Origin: the human T2T-CHM13v2.0 reference genome, Homo sapiens
Length of the DNA stretch: 64,000 nt
Strand: one strand, 5' to 3'
Assembly (NCBI RefSeq): GCF_009914755.1
Contig: NC_060936.1
Shown here in pieces: positions 41,426-60,269 of the stretch. Under the pieces are notes generated by a model, which had not been told where the DNA came from, did no database searches, and was given only the letters and a program-made list of their open reading frames with translations. The translations under genes and the position numbers were made by a program. The first letter of the stretch is position 1. The number at the start of each line of letters is the position of its first letter.

Positions 41426-42918
41426 TTAAACACTTTCCAACCTTCTGTCCTCTTCAAGTCTTTGAACTTTCTAACTTTCCTCTTCAATGGAACATCTGAA
41501 ACACAAAAAATGAGCTTGGAAAGTGTGAGCTGGCATTTTCTTCTTTTTGACTTGAGACAGTGAAGGTAAAAGATAGTGCTTGTGTACACACAAGCTTGGA
41601 CTCTGAAAAACCTGACTGTTTCTGAAAGTAAAATACATAAGAGAATAAAAGAAGAGCTATATTAAAGATGAGATATAACGCTTAACCATGTCTGAGTACT
41701 TTACCTAAATTAATTCCAGACTTATCCATATACAACATTTTTGGAGACTACTCTCAAAGATAATGGTGTGAAAATAGCAAATGTACCATATAGAATTTTA
41801 AGGTAGGCCGGGGTCTGGGCTACTATGCTATCATAAAATGTATCCAATTGTACTTGGATCTTGTTTGATAGATGCATAATGAATTTGAACAGAACTGCTT
41901 ATCCCACTTCCTGTGGATCTGTGTGCACCTAACATACCTAGGAAATGCCTCCAGGTGGATGACATTCTGGGACTTTTATCTTAAAAGGGAATTCACAAGA
42001 AAGTATGAGAGAGGTGAAAGTAGGCATGAAAAATTATAATAGTATATTATGAATATTTTTTGGCTATAATATATTTGACAACATAAGTAAAATGAACATA
42101 TTCTAGACAGACGTCTCTTCCAAAACTGAAGCAAGACAAAAATAAAGAATTAAATATTCTGTAACTATTAAGTTAATTGAATCCATAATTAAATACACTC
42201 TTTTTGGGAAAGAATAAAACAAAACAACAACAGAAACAACAAAAACCCCATGTCTAGATGGTTTTATGTTCTAAAATAACGAACATTTAAAAAAGAAATA
42301 GCAAATTACAATTTATTTGAAAGACTATAAGATCAGATCAAGAAAACACTGCAATCAAAACTTGACCTATTCTTACTTATAAGAACAGATGGCAAACAAA
42401 TTAAAAATAAATTTAAAAAATTGTACTCAGCAATATATAAAAAATAATACACCACAGCAAAACTTGGTTTATTGCAGGAATCTAATGTTGATTTCTCATT
42501 TGAAAACCAATCAACACAACTTGCCACATTGACAAATTAAGAGGAAATGATACCTCAGAAGATAAATAATATTTTATAACTTTAATCATGAATCAATAAT
42601 AAAAGTCTATAGCACACTAAGAATCAATGAACTGCATTACTCTATAGGTTATAGATTATAGAAAAGGGTATCCATAAAATACATCATACTTAATGATGAC
42701 CAATTGAGAATGCTTCTTGTGAAATCAGAAATGAGATTAGATGCCCAGTATCCCCATTTTAAAGATAATATTTCTTGATGTAACATGCAGTAAAGTTAAA
42801 TAAATAAATAAAAAAAATATATAATGATTGGGGAGAAGGGTCGAAATATTTTTTACTTATTGTTTTTAAAATTTTGAAATAATTATAGATTCACATAAAG
42901 CTCCCTTTAGGCTTTTAA

Positions 42919-43234
<316 letters not shown>

Positions 43235-46000
43235 CCTTTAAGCTTTCATCCACTTCTCTCAATACCAACATCTTACAAAACTAAGGTGCAATATCACAAC
43301 CAGGATATTGACGCTGACACAGTTAAGATACAGAATAAATCCATCACCACATGAATCTTTCTGTTGTCCTTTAGAGTTAAACCCATTTCCCATTTCCCTC
43401 CACAAGCCCTGGTTTATTAAGAAATTGCCCAGCTCTGTTCCAGAGTGGCTGTTCCTTTTTACAGTGCCATCAACAATACACGAGTGATTCAGTTTCTCCG
43501 CATCTTTGCCAGCATTTGATGTCGCCACTCTGTTTTTAAAATTTCAGCCATTCTGATAGGTGTGCAGTGATATCTCCCTGTGGTTTTCATTTGCATTTCC
43601 CTAATGGCTAATGATGTTGAATATCTTTTTGTGTGCTTAGTTGCTGCTTGTATGTCCTCTAGTGAAATATCTGTATCTTTTGCCTGTTCTAATTGATTTG
43701 TTTGTGGTTTTACTGCTGTTTTTGAAACAATCAATATGAAATTTGAACCCATATTTTCAACTGTTGTTTCACATACAGCTTGTGCCTGTGGATGTCATCG
43801 TTGCCATATTTCTATATAAGATTCTGCCCCCACACTAAAATAAAATAAACTAGAATTGTATTATGCAGGACTACTAACAGAAACACTGTAATAGATTTTT
43901 AATTAATCTCTAATAAAATCAAGAATATTTTAAAAACTCTAATGTTTAAAGTTAATATATAAAGTGTGAATAATTTTTGAAAGGTCTCACATAAACACAA
44001 TTCACTAGTTAGAACAGAAGTGAACTGTACTTACAGGGAATTTTTAATTACGTGACATCAAAACAGCTAACAATCTCTGCTATGGTCTCTGCTATTGTAT
44101 TAAGACAAATACAATGAAGACAGTTAAATAAAAGAGGCAAAGCCAATCAAATGTGAGTTGCATTAATGCAGGTGAAACCTTTTGTTCTTCCTTTAATCTT
44201 CTCAACATTAAAAGCTCTTCTGGAACTAAAAACCCAATGATAAAGTTATAGGGTTCTTTGTACAGCTTAAGAAAAAAGCATATTCACTTCTGTAAGTAAA
44301 ATAATTGTCCAGTACTAATAGAACAAGTACAGCAGAAGCTCTACTCTAGAGAATTGGACTGTGCACAGTTGTTTTTATCTACATAAACTTATGGCACTGG
44401 GAAATTTATTCTGGGTAATTCAACTATATAGAATTATCCCCTATCTGTAGTGAACAGTGCTTCAATCGTCTTAAACACTAATATGCCATTAATTAATCAG
44501 TAAGTAGGTACACTGCACAATTTTTTTATTGCTTACAAGATTCTGAACAGTGTAGTGGATGCACTGTAGAGGACAAAGAGAAATGTATGACCTGGTTCTA
44601 TTCCTCAAAGTCCTAACAACCTAGATAGAATAAATAAGCCCACAAAGTTAAATACAATAGAAATCAAAATAATACATAGGACAATGATAAAAATATATGA
44701 TATTGTCATACTGGATTGTTGCCAAATGAAAAGTTTAGGTTAAAAAATCTATAGGAAGAAAATAAATTTGTTCAGGCTGCAGTGGCAGGAGACATTTCCC
44801 AGAAGAGTAAGAGGAAATGGGTAGAAACTGAAGACAGAAATAAGTTAATACATTATATCATAGCAGTATTCTAAATGTGAGACAATTAATTGAATATAAA
44901 GAAGAATGTGTATGTGCAAAACACTGAAAAGAGCTAGTGAAATGATTCTGATAACAGAAAATGTGAAGGTGATAAAGAGGAAATAGCTAAAGATGACTGA
45001 AGTACTCAGAGTAAAAAAAAAAAAAGTATTCCTTAACTAGCTAATATTTTCATAGGTTGTATTAACCAAAATAAATTTATGCTTTCCAGTTTTTCCAAAT
45101 GTGATACATAAATTATTCCCAAGCATAGATGCAACTACATCTTCATCATCCTTTAACAGGTATACAATTTATGCACCTATTATTTTATTTTCCATGCCAA
45201 TACCGTATATTCTCTTCTGATCAGCTGTCAAAATACTGCCCCACCTGTTGCACATGTTAATTAAATGCTTATTTTTTTCTATTAAAAGGATTCTACTTAT
45301 ATGCTTCCTCACAATCTTCTCTCTTACTAATATTCATCAGAAATCTTCATTGAAAAATAATGAAGTGTTTGGCTGGTCTTATAAAATGAATTTGTCGGTG
45401 TTTCCATACCTACTATTTTTCTGAAAAGGTTTGTATGTGTTTGTTATTATTATTGCTCTGAATGTTTAAAAGAGGTGACTTGTGAAATCATCTGGACCTG
45501 GAGGTACTTTTCGTTGTTTATTTTGCTTTTTAAAAAAGTTTTTTTTTTTTTTTTAATGGCAACTTCGGTTTTTTAATAGATGTGAGGCTGTTTTCTGTTT
45601 CTCCTTGTGACAGTATTATTGAGTAGTACTTCCAAGTGTTTGGTTGTGTAAGTTGTTAAATTTATTGGTTTATTGTCTGCTTTCATTATCCTTTTAATGT
45701 CTACACAATAGGTAGTAACAGTTCCTCTTTCATTTCTGATATTGAGAATTTGTAGTCTCTCTATTTCAATCTCTTTCTTCTATTAGCCTAGCTTGGAAAT
45801 CGTCCAGTATTTTTAAAGAAATAGTCTTTTAATTTGTTACTTTTCTCTCTGCTTTCAGTTTTTTCGTTTTTGTGCTCTTATCTTTATTATTAGCTTATTT
45901 CTACTTTCTTAGGATTAAATTTGTATTTTTTTAGTTTTTAAGGGTAACTTTAGGTTATTGATTATAGAATTATTTTCTTTTATAATTAATTATATGCAAA

Positions 46001-46235
46001 GCAGAGATTAGCAAACTATGGCCTATGGGCCAAATTCCTCCTGTTACTTCTTTTAGTAAATAAAATTTTATTGGAATACAGCCATGCCCACTTGCTTTCA
46101 TATTGTCTATTGCTGTTTTGGGGCTAGAAGATCAAAAAGGAGTTTTGTGATAAAGGTTTTATGTTCTGCAAAACCTAAAATATTTACTCTCCCGCTCTTT
46201 ACTATACACACAAAAAAAATGTATGGATGGCTGAT
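46001..46235. mobile_element. MER58A-like DNA transposon inside old L1 (about 45350-46800)
   Basis: gcaaactatggcctatgggccaaat..gtaaataaaattttattggaatacagccatgcc. Confidence 0.75.
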
Positions 46236-46873
46236 TTAAAGCCAGAACATTCACTCCAAAACTGTTATAAACCTCTTCCCCTAATTTTGGTTGTTACGTT
46301 TTTATTATTGTTCAAGTGAGAATATTTTCTAATTTCCTTATAATTTCACACTTGCATTATCTAGAAAAGACTTGCTTAATTTGCAAATAAGTGTTTTTTC
46401 CATTTTGGTCAGAGAACACACTGAGGTTTATTTATAGCTAAGTACATGGTTTATCTCAAATGCATGTGCCATGCACATTCAGAAAAAAAGGGGCAGTCTG
46501 AAGTTGTTGGGTGTATTGCTCTGTAAACATAAATTAGACCAAGATGATTGATGGTGTTGTTCAAACCTTCTATATCTTTACTGATATTTTGGTCTGGTTA
46601 TTCTATAAATTATTCATAGAGGAATGTTAAAATACCCTTTGGTTATAGAATTGTCTATTTCTTCATTAAAATCTGTCAAAAATTCTTTAATAGATTTTGA
46701 GGCTATGTTATTAAACATATTCATATTTAAAATGTTTCTGACTGATGCATTGCCCTTTTAGATTCTGCAATATTTTCTGAATATATATTCAAAATATATT
46801 GATATTTTTGTTTTAGCGCCCAATGACCCATTAAACTCACACTAGAGCTCTCTTAACTTCTGTGGATGGTGGT

Positions 46874-47535
46874 TGTGATGGTTAATCTTATGGGTCAACA
46901 TGACTGCATCATGCAGTGCCCAGATATTTGGCCAAACATTATTTGTGGGTGTGTCTGCAAGGGTGTTTCTAGACGAAATTAACCTGTAAATCTGGATTTG
47001 GTAAAGTTGTTTGCCTCCCCAGTGTGAATGGGCATTATTTAATCTACTGAGGGCCTGAATAGAAAAAAAAAAAGGTTAAGGAAGGCAGAATTCAGGCCTT
47101 CCTGCCTGATTGCTTGAACTAGAATATTAATCTTCTGTTTCCCTTAGCTTCCCTGGTTCTTGGGCCTTCAGATTTGAACTGAATTACACCATTGGCTTTC
47201 CTGCGTCTTCAGAAAATGGCATGTAAGTATAAATTTATTAGTTTGCATTCTTTCCACTAATGGTCAGAAAATGGTGGTGTCTGTTCCAAGAATCACATGC
47301 AGACACAAGAGCAACCAGAGAGGGAGCAGTAAATAACTGTATATAACAGAACCAATAAGATTATGTATCTATCTATCTATCTTCTATCTAAGATAGATAT
47401 ATATAAGATATGTGTATATATTTTAGTAAATGAAGTTTTATCATATATATATAACTTCATTTACTAAAAGAGGTGACGGGAGGAATTTGGCCCACAGTTT
47501 AAAATTTAAACTATGCTTAAGAACAGCTTATATAA

Positions 47536-47596
<61 letters not shown>

Positions 47597-47622
47597 ATAT
47601 ATAGTGAACCCTGACCAATACA
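46874..47622 (+). mobile_element. MLT2 (ERVL) LTR, internally rearranged, with (TA)n
   Basis: tgtgatggttaat start, gaaccctgaccaataca end. Confidence 0.8.
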
Positions 47623-47789
47623 GTGGTACATATCTCATTTCATTTTTTTAGCTTTTGTTGCATTGCAGGGAGACTGTCCCCTGTCCTGCACATGCCTGTT
47701 TCAGGGGCCAGCCTGGATATTTTACAACATTTGAACCCATTCTCTGGCTCTTTTCTTTCTGGGATTCTTATCTCTTTCTGTGGTAACTA

Positions 47790-47829
47790 CTATATTAGTC
47801 AGGGTTCTCCAAAGAAACAGAACCAATAG

Positions 47830-47875
<46 letters not shown>

Positions 47876-47916
47876 ATTTATATTTATCTTTTATGACACA
47901 TAAAATTAACCATCAC
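47790..47916 (-). mobile_element. MLT2 remnant with (GATA)n at 47830-47874
   Basis: tattagtcagggttctcc..aattaaccatcaca (both LTR ends, middle missing). Confidence 0.7.
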
Positions 47917-49852
47917 ACTACCATTTTCTTTATTCTTTTGTGTTATCTTTTATGAAAATGTTTTTTTCAAATCTTCACCCCAGATTTTGCCCATTGAACT
48001 TCCTTACCAAATGTATACTAAAGCCAATCTTTTCACATGTATCTCCCAGGCAGTGAATTAGCTTGGAAGGACACTGAGGTAGCTCTGTTCCTAGATGTGG
48101 AATTCCTCTGGCAGGCAACCTTGATGTGATGATTCCCTACCAGTCTTGACAAACATTTTTAGAACTGCACTACATTCTAAGGCTTGTACACTCAACCTCT
48201 TTTCCTTCCTTCTTTTCCTCACATGGTATAATATGAAAGCTCTACCATCCTTTTCTGGAGTCTTCTCAATTTTTGTCAACTGTATTTTCTCTAACAAATA
48301 TGTTGCATGTCTAATTCTTTATTGAAGTCTGCTTCTCAGGGGACCCAAAGTAACACACTTTGTCTGGTACGTATAGTTAGAAAAATTGTAGAGTTTTTAT
48401 CGGAAATTGATCACTCATAACCAAACATCTTGCAGTATGCCTGGAGGCAGAGCCGTAATATCACTGGGAAACTCATCTTCATGCTGATAATTTCTCCAAG
48501 GTGTGATTATTTTCCACATACAACTATTCTAATTGCTCTTATAGGTCTTTAGATTACTTGGGTTCTTTTTTTTTTTTGTATTTTGTCTGGATGACATATT
48601 TCTAATCAGTAATTGTGTGGGTCCTTGTGTGTGTTTGTTGGGGCAAAGGGGAATATAGGTAACACTACCACATGGAGGCAGAAATTTACTCATCGTTTCT
48701 TAATGTTCAACTTGTTACTTCTTAGACACTAAGATTCCTCTTTAGGCTGGTTCCATATCTTTTCACTCATCATCTTTAATATCTTTACTTTTCTTTGCAT
48801 TTGAATAATAAGAATGACTTCAGCTGTAAAAACCAAATACTTCTGTGTCAGTTGACTAAAACAATAAAGAATCACAATCACTTAAAACAAGAAAGTCAGA
48901 AGGGGTCTCTACAATTATGATGCACGTGGATGTGCATACCAGATAATTGACTCAACGTGATTTAAACGTTATTATCTCGTTGCAGGTTGAGAGGTGGTGA
49001 TTTCAGCAGTTCAAGAACCCAGGAGTTATCTTTCTATTTTGCTATTCTTATTAGTTGGCATCATTTCTCCTAACGATTACAAAATGGCTGTGTCTGTTCT
49101 AAGAATCACAGGCAGACACAAGAACAACCAGTAAGGAAGACATAAATAACTGTATATAACTCATCTTCTAATTGTTAGAGTATTTTCCTTCAGGTTCTTC
49201 ACACATGAACCAGAACCTTTAGCAATCTCAATGTCCTAGCCTAGATACAGCACGTCTCCAAGAAAGCTTGTTCCAGAGAATCTATCCAATTCCTCTTTAT
49301 CAAGGGCTGTCAAGTATAGAATAATCAAATTCAAATTCTCTTAATTATTCAATTTTTTCAATCGTAAAATGAGACAACATGTGTACTTTCACATAAAATT
49401 GTTGCAAAAACTTAATGAGCTCACACTTCAAAAACACTTAATGTAATATATGGTTGAAAGTTGGTGCTCAGCCAACATTAGCTACAAATGCTAGCCTTAC
49501 TGGCCTTTTATAACCCAGTTGCTAGCATAGAATTGATATCACCATGGTTATCTGGACCAGTTAGGATTCGTCTTCTGAGTTACAGGATGGAATCTACTGC
49601 TCTTGAAACACCAGGACCACATGAAAAATGATGAGCATCTAAATAGTCTCCATTTTCCAGTAGGAAAGGTGAAAGAAATAATAGCATGCTGGCTATGAAA
49701 TCAACACAGTCTGCAACAATTATGGCAAAATATTTGCCAAAAAGAAATCTTTGTTACCGATCTTCATATTCAAGCTCTGGAACTTTATGTCCCTAACTCA
49801 CATTTGTCTTAATCTCCTAACAGGAAATTTTAAAACCACATCAGATAACTTG

Positions 49853-49883
<31 letters not shown>

Positions 49884-50533
49884 TGCTATTGTCCAAACAC
49901 CATAGACAGGTTTTCTATGAAGTAAAGTTTAGAGAAGTGGGTGGGGAATAGCAGAATCAGATAAAAAGGAAACAAAATAGAACCAGCACACATCAGTAGC
50001 AACAGCTTCAAATGGAGAAGGCCTAAGAGATATATATTCTGGTTGCAAGTTGTAGAGACCCAGGCTAGAAATCATAAAGGAATGTGATTTGAAAATTGAC
50101 TGCTACTAATGCATAAAATTAGATAAGTAATTGCATTTCACTGAATTGCACCAATTCATTCAATATTCAACCAATATTTAATGCACACTTACGTTGTTCC
50201 AAACACTGAAATAAGTATGTGCTAAAGATCCAGTATTGAGCAAAACAATTATAGCCATTTTTTTAGGGAGTGTGCCGTCTAGCAAAGAGGACACACAATG
50301 AGTAATTCAGTCTTCTCTCCTTTTTTTCTTGGTCATTCTAGTCAAAGTTTTATCCATTTTGTTAATCTTTAAAAGTAGTAACTTCTGATATCACTGATTC
50401 TTTTTATTGCTTTTCTATTCTGTATTTTGCTTATTTTCTCTTAAATTTTCATTACTTTCTTTCCTCTTGCTTTTGGTTTAGTTTGCTCTTCTTTTTTCAG
50501 TTTTCTTAAGGTGGAAGTTTAGATTATTGATTT

Positions 50534-51251
50534 TGTTACTGGTGGTGAATCTCTACAGGTTTGCAGCAACCTCAGTTTTTGCCTCCTCAGAAGAAAGAAT
50601 TTGACCAAGGGGCATAAGGCAGAAGGAGAGACCAGGACAAATTTTAGAGCAGGAGTGAAAGTTTATTAAAAAGTTTTAGGACAGGAATGAAAAGAAGTAA
50701 AGTACACTTGGAAAAGGGCCCAGCAGGCAACTGGAGAGATCAAGCGAACTGTTTGACTTTGACTTAGGGTTTTATACATTGTTTGACTTTGACTTAGGGC
50801 TTTATACATTGGCATACTTCCAGGGTCTTGTGTCCCTTCTCCCCTGATTCTTCCCTTGGGCTGGGCTGTCCGCATGTGTACTGGCCTGCTAGCACTTGGG
50901 AGGGGAGCATACGCAGTGTGTTTACTGGAGTTGTATGCATGCACCTTGAGGCATTCTTCCTTTACCAGTTGAATGCCCCTAGAAGCCCATATACCAGTTA
51001 AGCTCTGCCATTTTGCCACTTAGTGTGCATGTTTGAGCCCACTCGCCCAACACCTGAGATCTTATTGGGACGCTAATCAGCAGTTTCAGGTTTTTCTATC
51101 TATTGGGAGACTGCCTTTCCCTAGGGCCAACTGCAACCAATTATTATTTTGGAACGAGAGCGTAACAACTAGCTGACCATCACCTGACATTCCTGGTGGG
51201 TGGAGGACCTCTCCCACCCTTCTCATGTCTGCTTGATCACCTACTGTAACA
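50534..51251 (-). mobile_element. ERV1 solo LTR (MER50-like) inserted in L1
   Basis: tgttac..gtaaca termini; minus strand starts TGTTACAGTAGGT..CAGACATGAG. Confidence 0.75.
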
Positions 51252-51989
51252 ATCTGAGATCTTTCTTTAAATGTAGGTGTTTATTGCAGTATGTTTTCTT
51301 CTGAGCACTGTTTTCACTGCATCCTATAAATTTTGATATGTTTTGTTTATTGTCATACAATCCAAAGTCTAATTTCCCAGGTGATTCCTTCTGTGACCCA
51401 TTGGTTATTTAGAAGTTTGCTGTTTAATTTTCACATATATATGAATTTGCCAAATTTGTTTCTCTTACTGATTTCTATTTTCATTTTCATTGTGATCAGA
51501 GAACATACTCTGCATGATCTCCATCATTTTAAATTAAGACATTTTTAAACTTGTTGTGAGCTAACATACGGTTAACCTGGAAGATTTTCCATATCCACTT
51601 AAAAGAAATGTGTTTTTGCCTGTTAAGTGTCCTATAGATGTCTGTTAAGTAATTGATTTGTAGCGTTATTCAGGTCTTCTATTTCCTTGTTGATCTTGTG
51701 AAAAGAAAGTCTCAAGACTCCAAACCCACTATGCCAAAGGGAAAATTAAGTACAGGAACTGAGTCATGCAAAAACTGCCTTCCTTTTGTTACCAAACCAA
51801 TAGCTGTAATTTCCCATGCTTACTTTATCTTATGTGAAATGTAGATTTACTGAGTGTAAAAGGAATGCATAATTGATTGTTCCTCTATTACCTCTCTTAC
51901 TTATAAAATGTGGATCGAATGAGTGCTAACCAAGGCCTCACAAGAATGTAACCACTTGCTTCATTGCTTCATTGCTTACCCTCCTCTGC

Positions 51990-52288
51990 TTTTTTTTTTT
52001 TTTTTTTGGAGACAGAGTCTCGCTCTGTCACCCAGGCGGGAGTGCAGTTGCGTGATCTCGGCTCACTGCAAGCTCCGCCTCCCAGGTTCACGCCATTCTC
52101 CTGCTCAGCTTCCCAAGTAGCTGGGACTACAGGCGCCCGCCATCACGCCCGGCTAATTTTTTGTATTTTTAATAGAAACGGGGTTTCACCGTGTTAGCCA
52201 GGATGGTCTCGATCTCCTGACCTCGTGATCCCCCCGCCTCAGCCTCCCAAAGTGCTGGGATTACAGGCGTGAGCCACTGCACCTGGCC
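51990..52288 (-). mobile_element. AluY inside the 5' LTR
   Basis: Full reverse AluY. Confidence 0.95.
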
Positions 52289-54000
52289 TTTTTTTTTTTT
52301 TTTTTAAACTCTCCTCTTTCCCCTCCTGCTCTCTTTTCCTCCTTTAAATATTGAAGTCCTCCAAACCTTCTTTGGAAGAAGCACATGTCACAGATCTTAC
52401 TGTAACTTGTGTTTCTTTTTCCCAGAAGCATCCTCGACCTTGGCAAAATAAACCTCAAAACTGATTGAGACTTGCCTCAGTCATTTAAAAAAATTTTTTT
52501 GCTTTACATTTTCATAAACATGAGGGGATTCTGAGTGGAGTTTGGCCCTCGACCTGTGGCAACTCTCTTATTGGTGCCTGGTACTGGGGTGGGCTATCTT
52601 CATTGCTTTGATAGGAAAATATGCTGAAGTCTGGGGGCTTCTCCCTCTAGAGATCCCTGGTCTCCCAAAGGTTTTCGTTGCAATCTGAGGTTTATTTCTG
52701 CTGTAGGACTCCTTTTGGGATTTTTTCTGCTTCTGTGGTGACAGAAAGCAGTCTTCAGCATGGGTTCCATCTGCAGGTAAAGAGATGGTTTGGGGTTTCG
52801 TTTTGGGATTTGGTAGCTGAAGGACAAGATCTATTGTCAGCTAGTGATAACTTTTCCTTATGCTGAGAGATATTGACTATATGTAAATTGTGTGATCATT
52901 TTTTTTTTAATTTCTCTGGACCTTTTTTTATGGGGGGGGCGGTGGTTGATTCATCTTCTGTTAGATTTGACCAACTCCTGGCCATCTCTAATGTTGACTG
53001 AAACTCCCACAGCTGCAGAAAGTCAAATTTCCACCTCTAAAAAACCTGGTTGGTTAAGAAAGATAAAAAATTTGACTACCTGAGAATTTCATCTACGTAA
53101 CAAAGTCTCTGTTGCTAGCCAAGCTCCTGCCTTTCTTTCCCTCATAACCTGTGTTGTCACTAAATCTGACTTAGCAACATAACCTGGTTTTGGCCACGCC
53201 CTGATTCTGCATTCTTTACTGTGGCTTTTTAATCTTATTGTTGGGACCGTCTTCATTCTGAAGTCTCTTTATATACAGATTAAATAAATTTGTATGCCTT
53301 TTCTCCTATTAATTAATGTGCCTCATGCCACTGATTTTTAAGCAAAACTTTAGTGGGCCAATGGCCATGGCCCCCGTGATAGTGCAGTAAAAAGGACTCA
53401 AAGCTGTTCTTCGCTTCTAGAAGCTGCTGAGAAGAGAACCCAGTAACCTGATCTGTTGGCAAAGGGGTAAAAGTTTCTTACCCACCAGGCTCCTGGACTC
53501 TGTGCACTCTGGTGGGCAGATGGTAAAAATCACTGTCTCCTCTGGAAGGTTTTGTTTAATGAGAAAAAAGGATTTGTGTGACGGCTCTTGGGTTGTAGTG
53601 ACCCTGGTGCACTTTTGGTACTTTTTGTAGCATCTGAACTTTAAAGAGGCATTTGGATTGAGGCATTTGGATTGAGTCACTGTTGGACCTGAGTATGCCA
53701 CTGAAAATAAAACAAGATTTCAGAGATCTCTTATTCTAAACAATTAATGAAAAGGTTAAATTGAAATAGGATACAAAGTGATGTCATGGCTAGCCTTGAG
53801 ACTTCTGTGACCTAAAAGTTAAAATCCTTTGCAAGCTCAGAACTCTGCTTGATCTGGTATTCTTCTGGGAAGAACAACAAAGACCACCGCATGCTGTAGT
53901 CCAACAGCTAAGGCTCTGTGCTTCCACCACAGTGGCTTGGCTTCAATTCCCAGCCAGAGTATGAGTCTTCTTTGGTTTGATATATGTGTGACTTTTGTAA

Positions 54001-58740
<4,740 letters not shown>

Positions 58741-58987
58741 AACTGAAACCTTTTAAAATAAATGCTTGTGCATGGTTTCTCCATTCACTTCCTTTTCTTA
58801 AAAATTGTTCTTTTATTTACTTTTATTCCACAGTATTCGTCCTTCCCCTTGCTATAATAAACACCAAGTGAAAAGATGTACACAAGACTTCTAATGACTC
58901 AGACCCCTTAAAGAACTCAGAATAAAGGTGACACTTACCCCTTTTCTGGGGTTTTCTGGTTTCTTTGTGGAGTTTCAAGAGTCACAG

Positions 58988-59614
58988 TGATATGGCTCCA
59001 ATGAGTGGAGGAACACCAGGGGTCTTATCTCATGTGACATGGACACACATGGAGTGGTTTTAAGGAGCAGAGAGTTTAAGAGGCAAGAAAGAAGGTAGAA
59101 GAAAGAAAGAAGAACCTCCCTTGTACAGAGACAGAGGGAGGGGGCTCCAAAGCCGAGAGAGGAGACCCTTATATGTAGTGGAAACTTGGCTGCTTATAGG
59201 AGGAGGTTGGAGGAGGTGGTGTCTGATTTGCATAGGGCTCAAGGGATTGGTTTGACTCAGTATGTCACTCATGTAGCCCACGAAAAAACTGGCCCCCCTA
59301 CCCTAGTCTTTTAATATGCAAATACAGGGCGCCATGATGTTCTACACACATGGGGAATATGTGGGGGGTGGCCAGGTTGCCAGGAACATGTGGGGCAAAG
59401 GCAAGAAGAAGGCGGTGGGAATCTCCACGTTTGGGTGGACCCAGTTTCTAATGGCCTGCATTTGCATATCAAAGGTTACCGCAGGGCTCTAAGAGTGGGC
59501 TTTCCTGCTCCACAAGAAACATTTCTGGAGGTGCTTTAAAAGAAACGAAAATTTTCCAAGGACCCCTTTTCCTTTCTCTCTGCCTGCAATAATTTCTTAG
59601 TAACTCCTAACACA
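58988..59614 (-). mobile_element. ERV1 solo LTR (LTR25-like, family uncertain) nested in the provirus
   Basis: tg..ca termini; acag/atag flanks. Confidence 0.6.
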
Positions 59615-59958
59615 ATAGGTAGACATTTCTCAGGTCTAAAGCTCTGCATTTTTTTGCATTGTGGTACTTGATCTTTTCAGCTTTTGGGGGTACCAGAAAT
59701 TGCTTTGCATTATAAGATAATTTGACCTTTGGTATTTATAATGGCTAAGAAATGGGCTGATTACAGAGTAGGCTGATTGGCTTTGGGTTGCCCCGAAGCC
59801 CTGGGGAAATATCCTTACAATGAGGTACATTGGGGGCATTACACTGTCTCATCCCTTAATGTTTCCTTCTTTTTCTGGTCCCAGGGTTCAATGTAAAAAT
59901 AAGATTTTTTATTTTGCTGGATCTGTGTTTTGCCTTCCAGCTATAGCTGCTTCTCACG

Positions 59959-60269
59959 TTTTTTGTTTGTTTGTTTTGTTTTGTTTTTTGAGACAGCATC
60001 TTGCTCTGTCGCCAAGCTGGAGAGCAGTAGCGCGATCTCAGCTCACTGCAACCTCTGCCTCCCAGTTCAAGTGATTCTCCTGCCTCAGCCTCCCGAGCAG
60101 CTGGGATTACAGGCGCACGCCACCACGCCTGGCTAATTTTTTGTATTTTTTAGTAGAGACGGGGTTTCACCGTGTTAGCCAGGATGGTCTTGATCTCCTG
60201 ACCTCGTGATCCACCCGCCTCAGCCTCCCAAAGTGCTGGGATTACAGGCGTGAGCCACCGCGCCCGGCC
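59959..60269 (-). mobile_element. AluSc-like
   Basis: Full reverse Alu with (TTTG)n tail. Confidence 0.95.
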
